Of a DNA stretch of 25,768 nucleotides, positions 25,296-25,768 are shown piece by piece (within the stretch, counting starts at the first letter, position 1; the number at the start of each line of letters is the position of its first letter). Both the position numbers and the translations under genes were made by a program. The notes beneath the pieces were generated by a model. The model made no database searches, was not told where the DNA came from, and saw only the letters and a program-made list of their open reading frames with translations. The stretch is from the NCBI GenBank assembly GCA_041178085.1, contig JBEGVZ010000096.1, positions 1-25,768 of the forward strand. Direction: 5' to 3'. Source of the stretch: Pseudomonadota bacterium (GTDB lineage: Bacteria; Bdellovibrionota_B; Oligoflexia; Oligoflexales; RGVZ01).

Positions 25296-25768
25296 ATGTT
25301 AACGAAGATTTCCGGGCTGGTCGCCGGCATGGCCTTTCTTGTTGGCTGCAACCAACTTTTCTATCAGCCCATGCGGGAGATCGTCAGCACACCGGACAAA
25401 TTGGGAGTTGGCTGGGAGGCCCATCAAGTAGAGGTGCCTGGCGGCCAGAAAATTGGGGCCTGGCACCTGAAAGCCAAACAGAAGTCGAAAGCAGTGATTG
25501 TCCATTTGCACGGCAATGCAGAAAATCGCAGCACCCACATGTACTTTGTCGCTTGGATGACTGAAGCTGACTTCGATGTCGTTGTGTTCGACTATCGTGG
25601 TTACGGGGACAGTGATGGGTTCGCATCGCGTGCCTCCACGGTCGAGGATGCCGGCGCCATCATCAAATGGGTGAGAGAGAATCCACGCTTCAAGGGTTTA
25701 CCGCTGATCGCGGTTGGGCAAAGCCTTGGCGGCGCAGTCGCGATTCCTGCCATCTCCTGGTACGCGCG
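25296..25768 (+). CDS. Alpha/beta-hydrolase lipoprotein (YfhR-like), 3'-truncated by window edge
   Basis: Manual translation (absent from the ORF track): MLTKISGLVAGMAFLVG-C-NQLFYQP...HLHGNAEN...FDYRGYGDS...GQSLGG (nucleophile elbow). RBS GGAG at 25286-25289. Confidence 0.92.
   Translation, partial: MLTKISGLVAGMAFLVGCNQLFYQPMREIVSTPDKLGVGWEAHQVEVPGGQKIGAWHLKAKQKSKAVIVHLHGNAENRSTHMYFVAWMTEADFDVVVFDYRGYGDSDGFASRASTVEDAGAIIKWVRENPRFKGLPLIAVGQSLGGAVAIPAISWYA

Overview
This is mostly core-chromosome DNA from a flagellated diderm bacterium. The short Bdellovibrio-style flagellins and the tilS-ftsH-folP-cdaA-cdaR-glmM-pdxJ order suggest Bdellovibrionota/Oligoflexia or a related delta lineage (inference). 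Left to right: partial nadA, a divergent cysteine desulfurase, a secreted DUF2817/M14 peptidase, a SnoaL/NTF2 protein, two tandem minimal flagellins under a candidate sigma-28 promoter, tilS, the ftsH-folP-cdaA-cdaR-glmM-pdxJ-tsaE operon (c-di-AMP synthesis), tRNA-Arg(ACG), a lipin/LNS2-like HAD lipoprotein coupled to a trypsin protease with a probable C-terminal beta-barrel, a stand-alone E2 acyltransferase domain, two hypotheticals, marC, potABCD, two LPP20-like lipoproteins and a partial alpha/beta-hydrolase lipoprotein. I saw no mobile element, CRISPR array or defence system. The best leads are (i) a structurally conserved RNA motif shared by both flagellin leaders, (ii) the tRNA-linked lipin-like lipoprotein plus protease-barrel pair, and (iii) a highly structured ftsH-operon leader. 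All of these were found by eye and need computational confirmation.
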